From positions 1 to 37,029 of the forward strand of contig CANQQC010000002.1 of NCBI GenBank assembly GCA_947625925.1: a stretch of 37,029 bases of DNA, read 5' to 3'. The translations under genes were made by a program, and so were the position numbers. Source of the stretch: an uncultured Clostridia bacterium. GTDB lineage: Bacteria; Bacillota; Clostridia; TANB77; CAG-508. The notes beneath the pieces are model-generated. The model worked only from the letters and a program-made list of their open reading frames with translations, did no database searches and had not been told where the DNA came from. Positions 26,385 to 35,454 of the stretch are shown one piece after another; the stretch's first letter is position 1; each line of letters opens with the position of its first letter.

Positions 26385-29300
26385 TTATTGTTTTATATAA
26401 ACTTTTTCACTTCCTATAATATTTTCAAAAATTTCTTTTATCTCATCATTTAGAAAAATTGTTCCACAATATTTTATATCTTCATTTATTTTTACATTTA
26501 CTCTAATATTATTCCCATTTCCATTAAAGAACTTTATTGCTCCACGTAACTTTTCTTTTTCTTCTTCTGTTGCATCTGTTATATCTAATATCAGTTCTTT
26601 TGGTCTTATTTTATTTGATTTACCATTATCAATGCTCTCATTAAAGTCAGTTATTTGACTTGCTATTATTGTAGTAGTCTCATCATCTCTAATACTTAAT
26701 CTTCCTTCTACCATTACTACATTTTCTTCCATTAGGCTTTTACCTGCTTTTAAATAAACACTTTCAAAAACAATAACCTCTACAGTTCCATATAAATCTT
26801 CTACTGTAACAAAAGCCATTATCTTATTATTCTTAGTATATTTCTTTTTTACTTTAGATATAATTCCTGCATATTTAACAAATTGTCCATCACTAAATTT
26901 AGTTTGACTTGTAGTCTCTAGTTGAGAATTCATTTGTTCATCGATTTCTTTCAATTGCATTGTATTTATATTTGTTCTTTTTTCAATTTCATTTCTTATA
27001 TTTTCTAATGGATGTCCTGATATATATATTCCTAACATTTCTTTTTCAATAGATAATAATTCTTTTTCAGAAAGTTCTTCTTTTTCATAAAAAGTATATT
27101 TTACCTCATTCATTTTTTCCTGTTCTTCTTTGCTTCCTAAGTCAAATAATGTTACTTGTCCATCTAATCCCTTTTTCTTACTGCCTTGTATAGTATCTAT
27201 TATACTTTCAAAAGATTGAAGTAATGTAGCTCTTGTTTGTTCAAATTCGTCAAAAACTCCTGCTTTTATTAAACTTTCTATACATTTTTTATTTACCGCT
27301 TCTTCTGCTATTCTTTCACAAAAATCAGTAAACCCTTTATATTTTCCATTTTTTTCTCTTTCATTTATTATTATTTCAATAGGTGCAATTCCAACATTTT
27401 TTATACTTCCTAATCCAAATCTTATCTTATTGTCTTCAACAGTAAACTTTGTAAAACTTTTATTTATTCTAGGTTTTAGAATTTCAATTCCAAGTTCTTT
27501 ACATTCATTTATATATTGAGGAATTTTATCTAAATTTCCTAAAAAACTATTTAATGTTGCAGCCATAAATTCTGCTGGATAATATGCTTTTAAGTATGCT
27601 GTTCTATATGCTACAACAGCATAACATGCAGCATGTGATTTATTAAATGCATATTTTGCAAATTCTGCCATTTCATCAAATATTTTATTTGCAGATTTTT
27701 CATCAATTCCATTTCTAACACAACCGGGAACTTCTATATTTCCTTTTTCATCTACTTGTCCATGGATAAATACTTCTCTTTCTTTTGCCATAACATCAAT
27801 TTTCTTTTTACCCATAGCTCTTCTAACTAAATCAGCTCTACCTAAAGAATATCCGGCTAAATCACGTACTATTTGCATAACTTGTTCTTGATATACCATA
27901 CATCCATATGTAACATTTAAAATTGGTTCAAGTGCTGGATGTGTGTACTCATTATGTCCTGGATTAAGTTTTCCCTTTATATATCTTGGAATTTGATCCA
28001 TAGGTCCAGGTCGATATAAAGAAACACCTGCTATTAAATCTTCTAGGCAATCTGGTTTTAATTCTTTCATAAAGTTTGTCATACCTTGTGATTCAAATTG
28101 AAATATTCCACACGATTTTCCTTCTTGCCATAATTTATATACTTTTTGATCATTCATATCTTGATCAAACTCTATATCTATTCCATAGTTTTTCTTTATT
28201 AAATCTATTGTATCTTGTATTACTGTTAATGTCCTTAATCCTAAAAAGTCCATTTTTAATAATCCTAATTCTTCTAATGTTGTCATTACATATTGTGTAG
28301 ATATTTGATTATCTCTAACGTATAATGGTACATAATTATCAACAGGCTCTTTTGTTATAACTATTCCACATGCATGTGTTGAAGCTTGTCTTGGCATACC
28401 TTCTAATCCCATTGCAATTGTTAATAGTTTTTTTATATCCTCATCTTTTTCATATAAATCATTTAATTCTTTATTTTGCTCTAAAGCCTTTTTTATTGTT
28501 ATATGTAATTCATTTGGAATCATTTTAGCTAATGAATCTGCTTGAGCATATGGTACATCTAAAACTCTTGCAACATCACGTATTACCATTCTTGCTGACA
28601 TTGTTCCAAATGTTATAATCTGCGAAACATGATCATGTCCATATTTTCTTGAAACATAGTCTATTACTTCTTGTCTTCTTTCATAACAAAAATCCACATC
28701 AAAGTCAGGCATACTAATTCTTTCTGGATTTAAAAAACGTTCAAATATTAACCCATATTTTATTGGATCTATATCTGTAATTTCTATTGCATATGCTAAG
28801 ATTGATCCTGCTCCTGAACCACGTCCTGGTCCAACAGATATACCATTTAATTTTGCATAATGAATAAAATCCCATACTATTAAGAAGTAATCTACATATC
28901 CCATTTTTTTTACAACACCAATTTCATATTCTGCTCTATCTAATATCTCTTTTGATGGATTATTACCATATCTTTTTTTGATTCCATCATCACATAATTT
29001 TTTTAGATAATCAAAATGTGTCTTATATTCTTCTGGTACATCATAATTAGGTAATATTGTATGCCCAAATTCAAATTCAACATTACATTTCTGTGCTATT
29101 TTTACAGTATTTTCAATTGCTTCTGGAAAATTACTAAAATACTCTATCATTTCTTCTTGAGACTTTATATATAATTCATCTGTATCAAATCTCATTCTAT
29201 CTTCATCACTCATACGTTTTCCAGTTTGAATACATAATAGTACTTCATGATTGTATGCATCTTCTCTTTTTAAATAATGAGCATCATTTGTTGCAACAAG

Positions 29301-29903
29301 TGGAATATCTAACTTCCTTGCTAATTGAACTAGTTTTTGGTTTGCTAAAACTTGTTCTTCTATTCCATTGTTTTGTATTTCAATATAGTAATCTTCTCCA
29401 AAAACATTTTTATGCCATAAAGCAATTTCTTCAGCTTTTTCTTCTTGTCCATTTAATAGAGCCTGATTAACCGCCCCTGCTAAACATGCACTTAAACATA
29501 TTAGTCCTTCATGATATTTTTCCAATACTTCATAATCTATACGTGGTTTATAATAATAACCATCTAAAAATCCAAGAGATACTAGTTTACTAAGATTTTT
29601 ATATCCTTGATTATTTTTTGCAAGTAAAATTAGGTGATTATATTTATTGTCTATTCCTGGTACTTTATCAGTTCTTTTTCTATCTTGCTTAGTAATATAT
29701 ACTTCACAACCAATAATAGGTTTTATTCCTTCTTTTTTACAAGCTTTATAAAATTCTATTGCTCCATACATAACACCATGATCAGTAAGAGCAATTGAAT
29801 CCATTCCTAATTCTTTTGCTCTTAATGGTAAATCTTTTATTCTATTTGCTCCATCTAATAAACTATATTCACTATGAATATGTAAATGTACAAATTTTGA
29901 CAT
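26385..29903 (-). CDS. dnaE: DNA polymerase III alpha subunit (DnaE type)
   Basis: MSKFVHLHIHSEYSLLDGA (PHP domain), PDFDVDF, GLLKMDFLGLRTL, and a C-terminal OB fold. 1172 aa. Confidence 0.95.
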   Translation of the reverse strand: MSKFVHLHIHSEYSLLDGANRIKDLPLRAKELGMDSIALTDHGVMYGAIEFYKACKKEGIKPIIGCEVYITKQDRKRTDKVPGIDNKYNHLILLAKNNQGYKNLSKLVSLGFLDGYYYKPRIDYEVLEKYHEGLICLSACLAGAVNQALLNGQEEKAEEIALWHKNVFGEDYYIEIQNNGIEEQVLANQKLVQLARKLDIPLVATNDAHYLKREDAYNHEVLLCIQTGKRMSDEDRMRFDTDELYIKSQEEMIEYFSNFPEAIENTVKIAQKCNVEFEFGHTILPNYDVPEEYKTHFDYLKKLCDDGIKKRYGNNPSKEILDRAEYEIGVVKKMGYVDYFLIVWDFIHYAKLNGISVGPGRGSGAGSILAYAIEITDIDPIKYGLIFERFLNPERISMPDFDVDFCYERRQEVIDYVSRKYGHDHVSQIITFGTMSARMVIRDVARVLDVPYAQADSLAKMIPNELHITIKKALEQNKELNDLYEKDEDIKKLLTIAMGLEGMPRQASTHACGIVITKEPVDNYVPLYVRDNQISTQYVMTTLEELGLLKMDFLGLRTLTVIQDTIDLIKKNYGIDIEFDQDMNDQKVYKLWQEGKSCGIFQFESQGMTNFMKELKPDCLEDLIAGVSLYRPGPMDQIPRYIKGKLNPGHNEYTHPALEPILNVTYGCMVYQEQVMQIVRDLAGYSLGRADLVRRAMGKKKIDVMAKEREVFIHGQVDEKGNIEVPGCVRNGIDEKSANKIFDEMAEFAKYAFNKSHAACYAVVAYRTAYLKAYYPAEFMAATLNSFLGNLDKIPQYINECKELGIEILKPRINKSFTKFTVEDNKIRFGLGSIKNVGIAPIEIIINEREKNGKYKGFTDFCERIAEEAVNKKCIESLIKAGVFDEFEQTRATLLQSFESIIDTIQGSKKKGLDGQVTLFDLGSKEEQEKMNEVKYTFYEKEELSEKELLSIEKEMLGIYISGHPLENIRNEIEKRTNINTMQLKEIDEQMNSQLETTSQTKFSDGQFVKYAGIISKVKKKYTKNNKIMAFVTVEDLYGTVEVIVFESVYLKAGKSLMEENVVMVEGRLSIRDDETTTIIASQITDFNESIDNGKSNKIRPKELILDITDATEEEKEKLRGAIKFFNGNGNNIRVNVKINEDIKYCGTIFLNDEIKEIFENIIGSEKVYIKQ

Positions 29904-29934
29904 CTCTTTGTCTCCTTATTCTTTTATACTTGGA

Positions 29935-29964
29935 ATTATATAATAAATATCTATAAATGTCTAT
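29935..29964 (-). promoter_or_regulatory. Likely dnaE promoter
   Basis: Minus strand reads TAGACA (29959-29964), an 18-nt spacer, then TATAAT (29935-29940). The leader is about 25 nt and contains AAGGAGA. Confidence 0.45.
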
Positions 29965-29973
29965 ATTATAGCT

Positions 29974-30002
29974 TGATTATTTTATGTAAACATGATATAA
30001 TG
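29974..30002 (+). promoter_or_regulatory. Sigma-A type promoter for the 115-aa ORF
   Basis: TTGATT (29974-29979), a 17-nt spacer ending in TGa, then TATAAT (29997-30002). It sits back-to-back with the dnaE promoter, 9 bp apart. Confidence 0.55.
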
Positions 30003-30111
30003 TTTTATATTATGTTTTAAATTTGTTTTACTATTGTATTACATTTTAAAATTCAAATTGGATATATAAAGGTTCTATTTGTATTTAAGAGAAATTTGTG
30101 AGGTTTAAACA

Positions 30112-30459
30112 ATGAATAACTCAGAATATAAACAACTTTCTTATGAGGATTTAACGAAAGAAGCTAAAAAAGTTAACATCATGATTAATATGTTTTTAGA
30201 ACGTAATCCAAATGTTAAAGATCTTTATATTGATAGTGATTCCTATGATGCTTTTAATGCTGACATAGCTCGTGAATTAGTATGCTATGGTTATAATATT
30301 CAAAGCTCATTCTATGTTAATGAAAATAAAGAAACCGTCTATTATGAAGCTCTTATAAATTGGTCTAATTCATCTTTAGGAAAAAGGATTGGATATGGTG
30401 TAATAGATGTTATTCCATTATTTTTTGATACAATCGATATAAGCGGTTTTAGCAACTAA
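30112..30459 (+). CDS. Hypothetical protein (115 aa)
   Basis: RBS GTGAGG 8 nt upstream of the ATG. No TM and no recognisable motif. Confidence 0.5.
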   Translation: MNNSEYKQLSYEDLTKEAKKVNIMINMFLERNPNVKDLYIDSDSYDAFNADIARELVCYGYNIQSSFYVNENKETVYYEALINWSNSSLGKRIGYGVIDVIPLFFDTIDISGFSN

Positions 30460-30572
30460 TGGTAATGAAGATTTAAATATTTAAATAACTCTCTATCTTT
30501 TGGAGATAATGATAAATAATCATCAAAATATTTATAATTTTCTTTTTTAGAATCTTTTTCCAATTTAAAAAG

Positions 30573-30607
30573 GTGGCTAGTTTCATATATAAAAACTAGT
30601 CACTTTT
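30573..30607. terminator. Bidirectional terminator; begins 8 nt after the amylase stop
   Basis: GTGGCTAGTTT, a 9-nt loop, then AAACTAGTCAC (one G-U pair). It is followed by TTTTATTTT on + and CTTTTTAAA on -. Confidence 0.6.
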
Positions 30608-30610
30608 ATT

Positions 30611-32059
30611 TTATTTGTTTAATAATACCCATATAGAAATAGAATGCCCTTTTACTTTAAATATTCCATTTCCTTCTCCATCTATTATTACTTTATCTTT
30701 ACAGTTTCCTAAAGCATCTACAAAAGTTTTTCCTTCATGTTCTTTACCTATATACATTGTTTTTTCTCTATCATCTCTATTCGAAATAATTACAGCAATA
30801 CCAGAATCTAAATTTTCTTCATCTCCTTGTCTTGTCCAACCAATACAACTTTGATCATCAAAATAATCATGCTGTTCCCCATGTGCTCTTTTTTGTCTTA
30901 ATTTAATAATTGTTTTTAAATTCTCAACTTTTGGTTTATTATCATGAGCAATGCCATAATAATCTCCATAAAAAACACATGGATATCCTTCTTTTCTTAA
31001 TAAAATAATTGCATATGAGGCATCTTTAAACCATCCTTCAATATAGCTTTCCAAAGATTGTCCTGGTTGTGTATCATGATTATCTACAAATGTAACTGCT
31101 TTATTGCTATTTTCTTTTACCAAAGTTCTCTCCAAAATGTTTCTTAAATCATAATTATCATTTCTAGATGCCTCATACAAATTATAGTGTAATGGTACAT
31201 CAAACAAAGATAATTCTCCTTCTGTTTCAGTTAAATATCTATGTAATTTATCTACATCTGCTGACCAATATTCACCCACTGTAAATAATGTTCTTTTAGT
31301 TTCTTCTCTTAAATATCTTAGCCAATATTTATAAAAATATGCTGGTATATGTTTTACTGCATCTAGTCTAAATCCATCAACTTTTGTCATATCAATATAC
31401 CATTTTCCCCATCTTTTGCATTCTTCAATAACCTCAGGATTTTCAAAATCAAGATCAGCTCCCATTAAATAATCATAATTTCCATGTTCTTCATCAACTT
31501 CGTTTCCCCAAGATTTATTTTTGAATTTAAATATTGCATTTTCACCATTAGCATTGTTAAAGTCTATTCCATCAAAATGTGTCCAATTCCATTCAAAATC
31601 TGAATATTTATGTTTTCTTCCAGGAAAAGTATATTTTGTTGCTACTTTAACTATTTCTTCATTAGATATTTCTTCATTATGATTTTCCCAATCCACTTTT
31701 GATGCTGGTATAGTTTGAATAATATCTGCTCCCATTTTATGATTTAATACAATATCTGCATATACTTCTATTCCATTTTTCTTTAAAACTTGGATACATT
31801 CTATGTATTCATCCTTAGAACCATATTTGGTTCTTACTGTTCCTTTTTGATCAAACTCACCTAAATCATATACATCATATACTCCATATCCAACTTCCTC
31901 TGCTCCATTTATTCCTTTATATGCAGGTGGTAACCAAACAGCAGTAATTCCATTATCTGCCAATTCTTTTGCTTTAGTTTTTAATTCATTCCAAAAGTTT
32001 TGTTTACAATCTAAATACCATTCAAAACATTGCATCATTATTCCATTTAATTGCTTCAT
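30611..32059 (-). CDS. Alpha-amylase, GH13, no signal peptide (cytoplasmic type)
   Basis: NGIMMQCFEWY, DIVLNHK, GFRLDAVKHI, GEYW and FVDNHD are the GH13 conserved regions I-IV. The N-terminus starts directly in the catalytic barrel. Confidence 0.9.
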   Translation of the reverse strand: MKQLNGIMMQCFEWYLDCKQNFWNELKTKAKELADNGITAVWLPPAYKGINGAEEVGYGVYDVYDLGEFDQKGTVRTKYGSKDEYIECIQVLKKNGIEVYADIVLNHKMGADIIQTIPASKVDWENHNEEISNEEIVKVATKYTFPGRKHKYSDFEWNWTHFDGIDFNNANGENAIFKFKNKSWGNEVDEEHGNYDYLMGADLDFENPEVIEECKRWGKWYIDMTKVDGFRLDAVKHIPAYFYKYWLRYLREETKRTLFTVGEYWSADVDKLHRYLTETEGELSLFDVPLHYNLYEASRNDNYDLRNILERTLVKENSNKAVTFVDNHDTQPGQSLESYIEGWFKDASYAIILLRKEGYPCVFYGDYYGIAHDNKPKVENLKTIIKLRQKRAHGEQHDYFDDQSCIGWTRQGDEENLDSGIAVIISNRDDREKTMYIGKEHEGKTFVDALGNCKDKVIIDGEGNGIFKVKGHSISIWVLLNK

Positions 32060-32080
32060 TTATATTTATCTCCTTATATA

Positions 32081-32710
32081 TTATTTCCTAAATTTTATAC
32101 ATACTATTTTATGTGTAATTTTCTTTCTTAATTTTATAATCACAAAAACTAAAACTATTCCAGCAATAATAAAATGTGCATATTCGGAAATTCCATTAGC
32201 TATAACTCCCCATGAATCTCCTGCAAATTTCCCAAGAGATGTTATTAAAATATTCCATATAACTGTTCCAATTGTTGTATAAATCATAAATTTTAAAAAA
32301 TTCATCTTACTCATTCCAGCTGGTATTGATATTAAACTTCTAACTATTGGAACACATCTACAAATTAGTACTGCATATTTACTTTTACTTTCAAACCATT
32401 CCTGTGATTTTTCTATATCATTAGCTTTCAAATGTAATATTCTACCTATTTTTCCATTACATATTTGTATTAGCCTATCTTTATTTAAAATTCTTCCTAT
32501 TCCATAAAGTACAACAGCTCCAACTAATGAACCAATTGTTGAAGCAACAATAACTTCAAACATTGTAATATCAGAATATGTCGTCATAAATCCACCAAAA
32601 CTCAAAATCACTTCTGAAGGTATTGGTGGAAAAATATTTTCAATTGCAATTAATAAAGCAATTCCTACACACCCAAACTGGTTCATTATTTGAATAATAA
32701 AATCTTGCAT
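32081..32710 (-). CDS. DedA family membrane protein
   Basis: LLIAIENIFPPIPSEVILSFGG is the DedA signature. 209-aa polytopic protein. RBS AAGGAGA. Confidence 0.8.
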   Translation of the reverse strand: MQDFIIQIMNQFGCVGIALLIAIENIFPPIPSEVILSFGGFMTTYSDITMFEVIVASTIGSLVGAVVLYGIGRILNKDRLIQICNGKIGRILHLKANDIEKSQEWFESKSKYAVLICRCVPIVRSLISIPAGMSKMNFLKFMIYTTIGTVIWNILITSLGKFAGDSWGVIANGISEYAHFIIAGIVLVFVIIKLRKKITHKIVCIKFRK

Positions 32711-32767
32711 ACATTCTCCTTAAATATCTTTTTAATTATTGTATGCTCGATTTTTTATTTTATTATA

Positions 32768-33886
32768 TCATAAACTTAATTTATTCCCTGTATATTGTAT
32801 AGCAATTCTATTTTCTGGGTTTGTATCAAATAAGTATAGTATAAATACAAATAACCATTCTAATGGCTTCATTAAGATATATGTAATATCTGCTTGTATA
32901 GCAGAATTTATATGTTTTGATAAGGGATATCCATATTTATCATATACATATCTTATAAAATGATGAAATCTAGGAGTTTTTTCTTCTATCAAATTTTCAA
33001 ATGCATTAGCAACACATAGCTGTCTGTTGACTATGATTTTTTCTCCACGTCTTATACCTACTCTAGTTGGTTTAACTATTTTTTTATGTCCTTTTAAAGA
33101 AACTGTACATAAGTAATGTGCATCATAAGTAACAGATGGTGGAGAAATTTTTTGAGATAATGTCCAGTCACTTGTTTCTAAAAATGATTTTATTGCTTCA
33201 TCAGGTCTTTGTCCAAATATTACTAATATACATGTTAAAACAATTAGTAATGGTATTGCAAACAAAACTGATAATATATGCCAGTTGTCACTATTATACA
33301 ATATTTCATTACATTTATTTAATATTTTATTATCGTATTTCTTTATACTTAAGTTTCTTTCTTTATATGATTTTATAGCTTCCATTTGAGCTCTAATACA
33401 GCAAAGCATATAGTTTATTGGAAATAAAACTAAATATGGCATTGCATAGAAAGTATAGTTAATCATATTTTTTGATATTTGTATAATAAATATTATCATA
33501 TATATTGAACATATTAAAATACCAGACATACTACCCACAATAACTAAAGGTGGTAATTTTGCTTTTTTTATCCTTATTAACAAATATGATACAATTCCTA
33601 ATACTAGTATAGTAATTACAGTTGGCATACTCCATGATGCAATTGGCGCATGAATATCTATCTCTAGTCCTCCTAATCTTAAGGATTCTGTATAATCTAG
33701 AAAACCATATGATAAATATAACAAAACTGTATAACCTATTCCAAGCACAAATATTAAAATATCTACAATATTTTCCCTTTTTTTGTTCTTTTTCTTTTTA
33801 AATAAATAAATTATATTAACTAGTGTTAAAATCAACGGAAGGATGCAAAACATAAAAATCAAAAGCACATATATTATCATACCCAT
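32768..33886 (-). CDS. Hypothetical polytopic membrane protein (about 6 TM) with a conserved-looking soluble C-terminal domain
   Basis: RBS AAAGGAGG. It starts 17 nt after the upstream gene. The C-terminal domain reads DAHYLCTVSLKGHKKIVKPTRVGIRRGEKIIVNRQLCVANAFENLIEE...YVYDKYGYPLSKHI. I believe this belongs to an uncharacterised DUF family but cannot verify that. Confidence 0.55.
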   Translation of the reverse strand: MGMIIYVLLIFMFCILPLILTLVNIIYLFKKKKNKKRENIVDILIFVLGIGYTVLLYLSYGFLDYTESLRLGGLEIDIHAPIASWSMPTVITILVLGIVSYLLIRIKKAKLPPLVIVGSMSGILICSIYMIIFIIQISKNMINYTFYAMPYLVLFPINYMLCCIRAQMEAIKSYKERNLSIKKYDNKILNKCNEILYNSDNWHILSVLFAIPLLIVLTCILVIFGQRPDEAIKSFLETSDWTLSQKISPPSVTYDAHYLCTVSLKGHKKIVKPTRVGIRRGEKIIVNRQLCVANAFENLIEEKTPRFHHFIRYVYDKYGYPLSKHINSAIQADITYILMKPLEWLFVFILYLFDTNPENRIAIQYTGNKLSL

Positions 33887-33903
33887 TTCATATATCCTCC
33901 TTT

Positions 33904-35328
33904 TTAATCTGCTATATATTCTATTGTTTTTACATAACCTTGAATATTATCAATATCTGTTATTTTTGTATCCAAAGTAATATCACTCATTTCATGAAAT
34001 ATATAGCCATAGTTTGATTGTAAATGATATCCCATTCCTAGAAAAGTTTCTGTTTGACTATTTACATTAAGTTTTATAGGATATATAAAATTATCGCAAA
34101 TATATTCCACAATAATATATCCATTTCCATTAGCATCAATTTGACTTGCTTCTATTCCTGTTCCATCTATTCGATATGTATCAATTAACCACTTTTCTAC
34201 TTCAGCTTTAATTGCTTCTTTTCTATAAACATAAATTGTATATGCTTCTATTTTATTTAAATCATTTTGTTTTACTTGTTCACTTCCCTCGATATATATG
34301 CTATCTCCAATTCTTAAATCACTTAGTTTTAATTCCTGATTTGTTTTATATTCTTTTATAACTGTATCTTTAGTAATTAAAACTTCATCAGTCAATATGG
34401 TTTTAGAATATCCCAATTCTATTTTATTATCATAAACATTTTGTAACAAGTTACTTGTTGTATTATTATATGTTCTACTAAACTCACTTTGATTATTTGA
34501 ATAATCCATATTGTAGTATATACAATTTGTATTTACTATTTTACTTACAAGTAATAAATTTACTTTAAATTCTTTGCATTGATTAGATAATTTATATTTT
34601 ATATTACCAACATTTTCTTTGATATCCATTGTTTCAAAATTAGTTATAGTTAATATCACTTTATCTTTTCCATAATCTATTGTAGGTAATACATCATCTA
34701 ACTCAAATTTAGTTTTCTCTATAATCTCATTTAATTTTTCTTTATTTTCTATTATTAAATAATAAACATCATTGCTTTTTTGTATTAAACCAATATCACT
34801 TGGTATACTTTCTAATGTATTTTTTGAAGTATAACTTCGATTTTTTTCAAATTTATATCCCTTTGTTTGTTTAAATGCATTTACCACTCTTCTTTTTATT
34901 TCTTTTTTATTAGATAATTCAACTTTTCTTACTTGTCCACCACTTTCAAGCATTTGTATCATTCCTATATTTTCATCTTCTAATGGAAATACAAAGTTTT
35001 TGCTAATTGTATCGTAATCAAATTCTATAAAAGAACCATTTTTCTTTAATTCATCTACTTGTGTTTCATCTAATACTTGTCCTTCTATAGTTGTTCCAAT
35101 TTCATTATATATTGCAGAATATATTTTACTAAAATTACGATTATCTGAATAGGCAATATAATAATTATCATCTGGTGCTTTAAACACTATTCTATTAGGA
35201 ACAGGCAATGTAGTATTGCTTTCTTGTTCCTTCTCTCCTTTTATTTCTATACAAAATATATAATATACTACTAAACCTATAAGTATTAATAATGCTAAAT
35301 ATATAATTTTTTTAGAAACCTTTATCAT
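33904..35328 (-). CDS. Hypothetical membrane-anchored, probably extracytoplasmic protein (474 aa)
   Basis: The ORF-track GTG at 35340 lies inside the RBS GTGGAGG, so ATG 35328 (MIKVSKK) is preferred. There is a single N-terminal TM (IIYLALLILIGLVVYYIF), and the rest is Asn/Tyr/Ile/Lys-rich with no motif I recognise. Confidence 0.55.
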   Translation of the reverse strand: MIKVSKKIIYLALLILIGLVVYYIFCIEIKGEKEQESNTTLPVPNRIVFKAPDDNYYIAYSDNRNFSKIYSAIYNEIGTTIEGQVLDETQVDELKKNGSFIEFDYDTISKNFVFPLEDENIGMIQMLESGGQVRKVELSNKKEIKRRVVNAFKQTKGYKFEKNRSYTSKNTLESIPSDIGLIQKSNDVYYLIIENKEKLNEIIEKTKFELDDVLPTIDYGKDKVILTITNFETMDIKENVGNIKYKLSNQCKEFKVNLLLVSKIVNTNCIYYNMDYSNNQSEFSRTYNNTTSNLLQNVYDNKIELGYSKTILTDEVLITKDTVIKEYKTNQELKLSDLRIGDSIYIEGSEQVKQNDLNKIEAYTIYVYRKEAIKAEVEKWLIDTYRIDGTGIEASQIDANGNGYIIVEYICDNFIYPIKLNVNSQTETFLGMGYHLQSNYGYIFHEMSDITLDTKITDIDNIQGYVKTIEYIAD

Positions 35329-35360
35329 AATTTCCTCCACTTTATATTATTGTTTCTTTG

Positions 35361-35390
35361 ATTATAATACATATGGATTTTTATAGTCAA
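35361..35390 (-). promoter_or_regulatory. Sigma-A type promoter for the 474-aa/372-aa gene pair
   Basis: Minus strand reads TTGACT (35385-35390), an 18-nt spacer, then TATAAT (35361-35366). It lies about 30 nt upstream of the ATG. Confidence 0.55.
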
Positions 35391-35400
35391 TTAGTAATAT

Positions 35401-35447
35401 AAAAAAAGAAAAACTTCAATAAATATATCTTTTATTAAAGTCTTTCC
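35401..35447 (-). terminator. Strand-specific rho-independent terminator after the kinase gene
   Basis: 16-bp stem (35408-35423 with 35431-35446). Two positions pair only as G-U in the minus-strand RNA; on the plus strand they are A-C and C-A mismatches. On the minus strand the stem is followed by U7 (A-run 35401-35407). Confidence 0.7.
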
Positions 35448-35454
35448 TTATTAT

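Noticed and set aside
29966-29993. TTATGTAAAC at 29983-29992 resembles the XerD-side arm of the Bacillus dif site (…TTATGTAAACT)
   Set aside because: With a 6-nt spacer, the required left arm (ATTATAGCTTG) matches ACTTCCTAGAA at only about 2 of 11 positions. The 10-mer also overlaps a good promoter spacer. It is a chance match in AT-rich DNA.
30561-30597. 37-aa minus-strand ORF (MKLATFLNWKKILKKKIINILMIIYHYLQKIESYLNI) starting inside the amylase terminator hairpin
   Set aside because: The start codon lies in the hairpin loop, there is no RBS, and the composition is low-complexity. It is most likely spurious.
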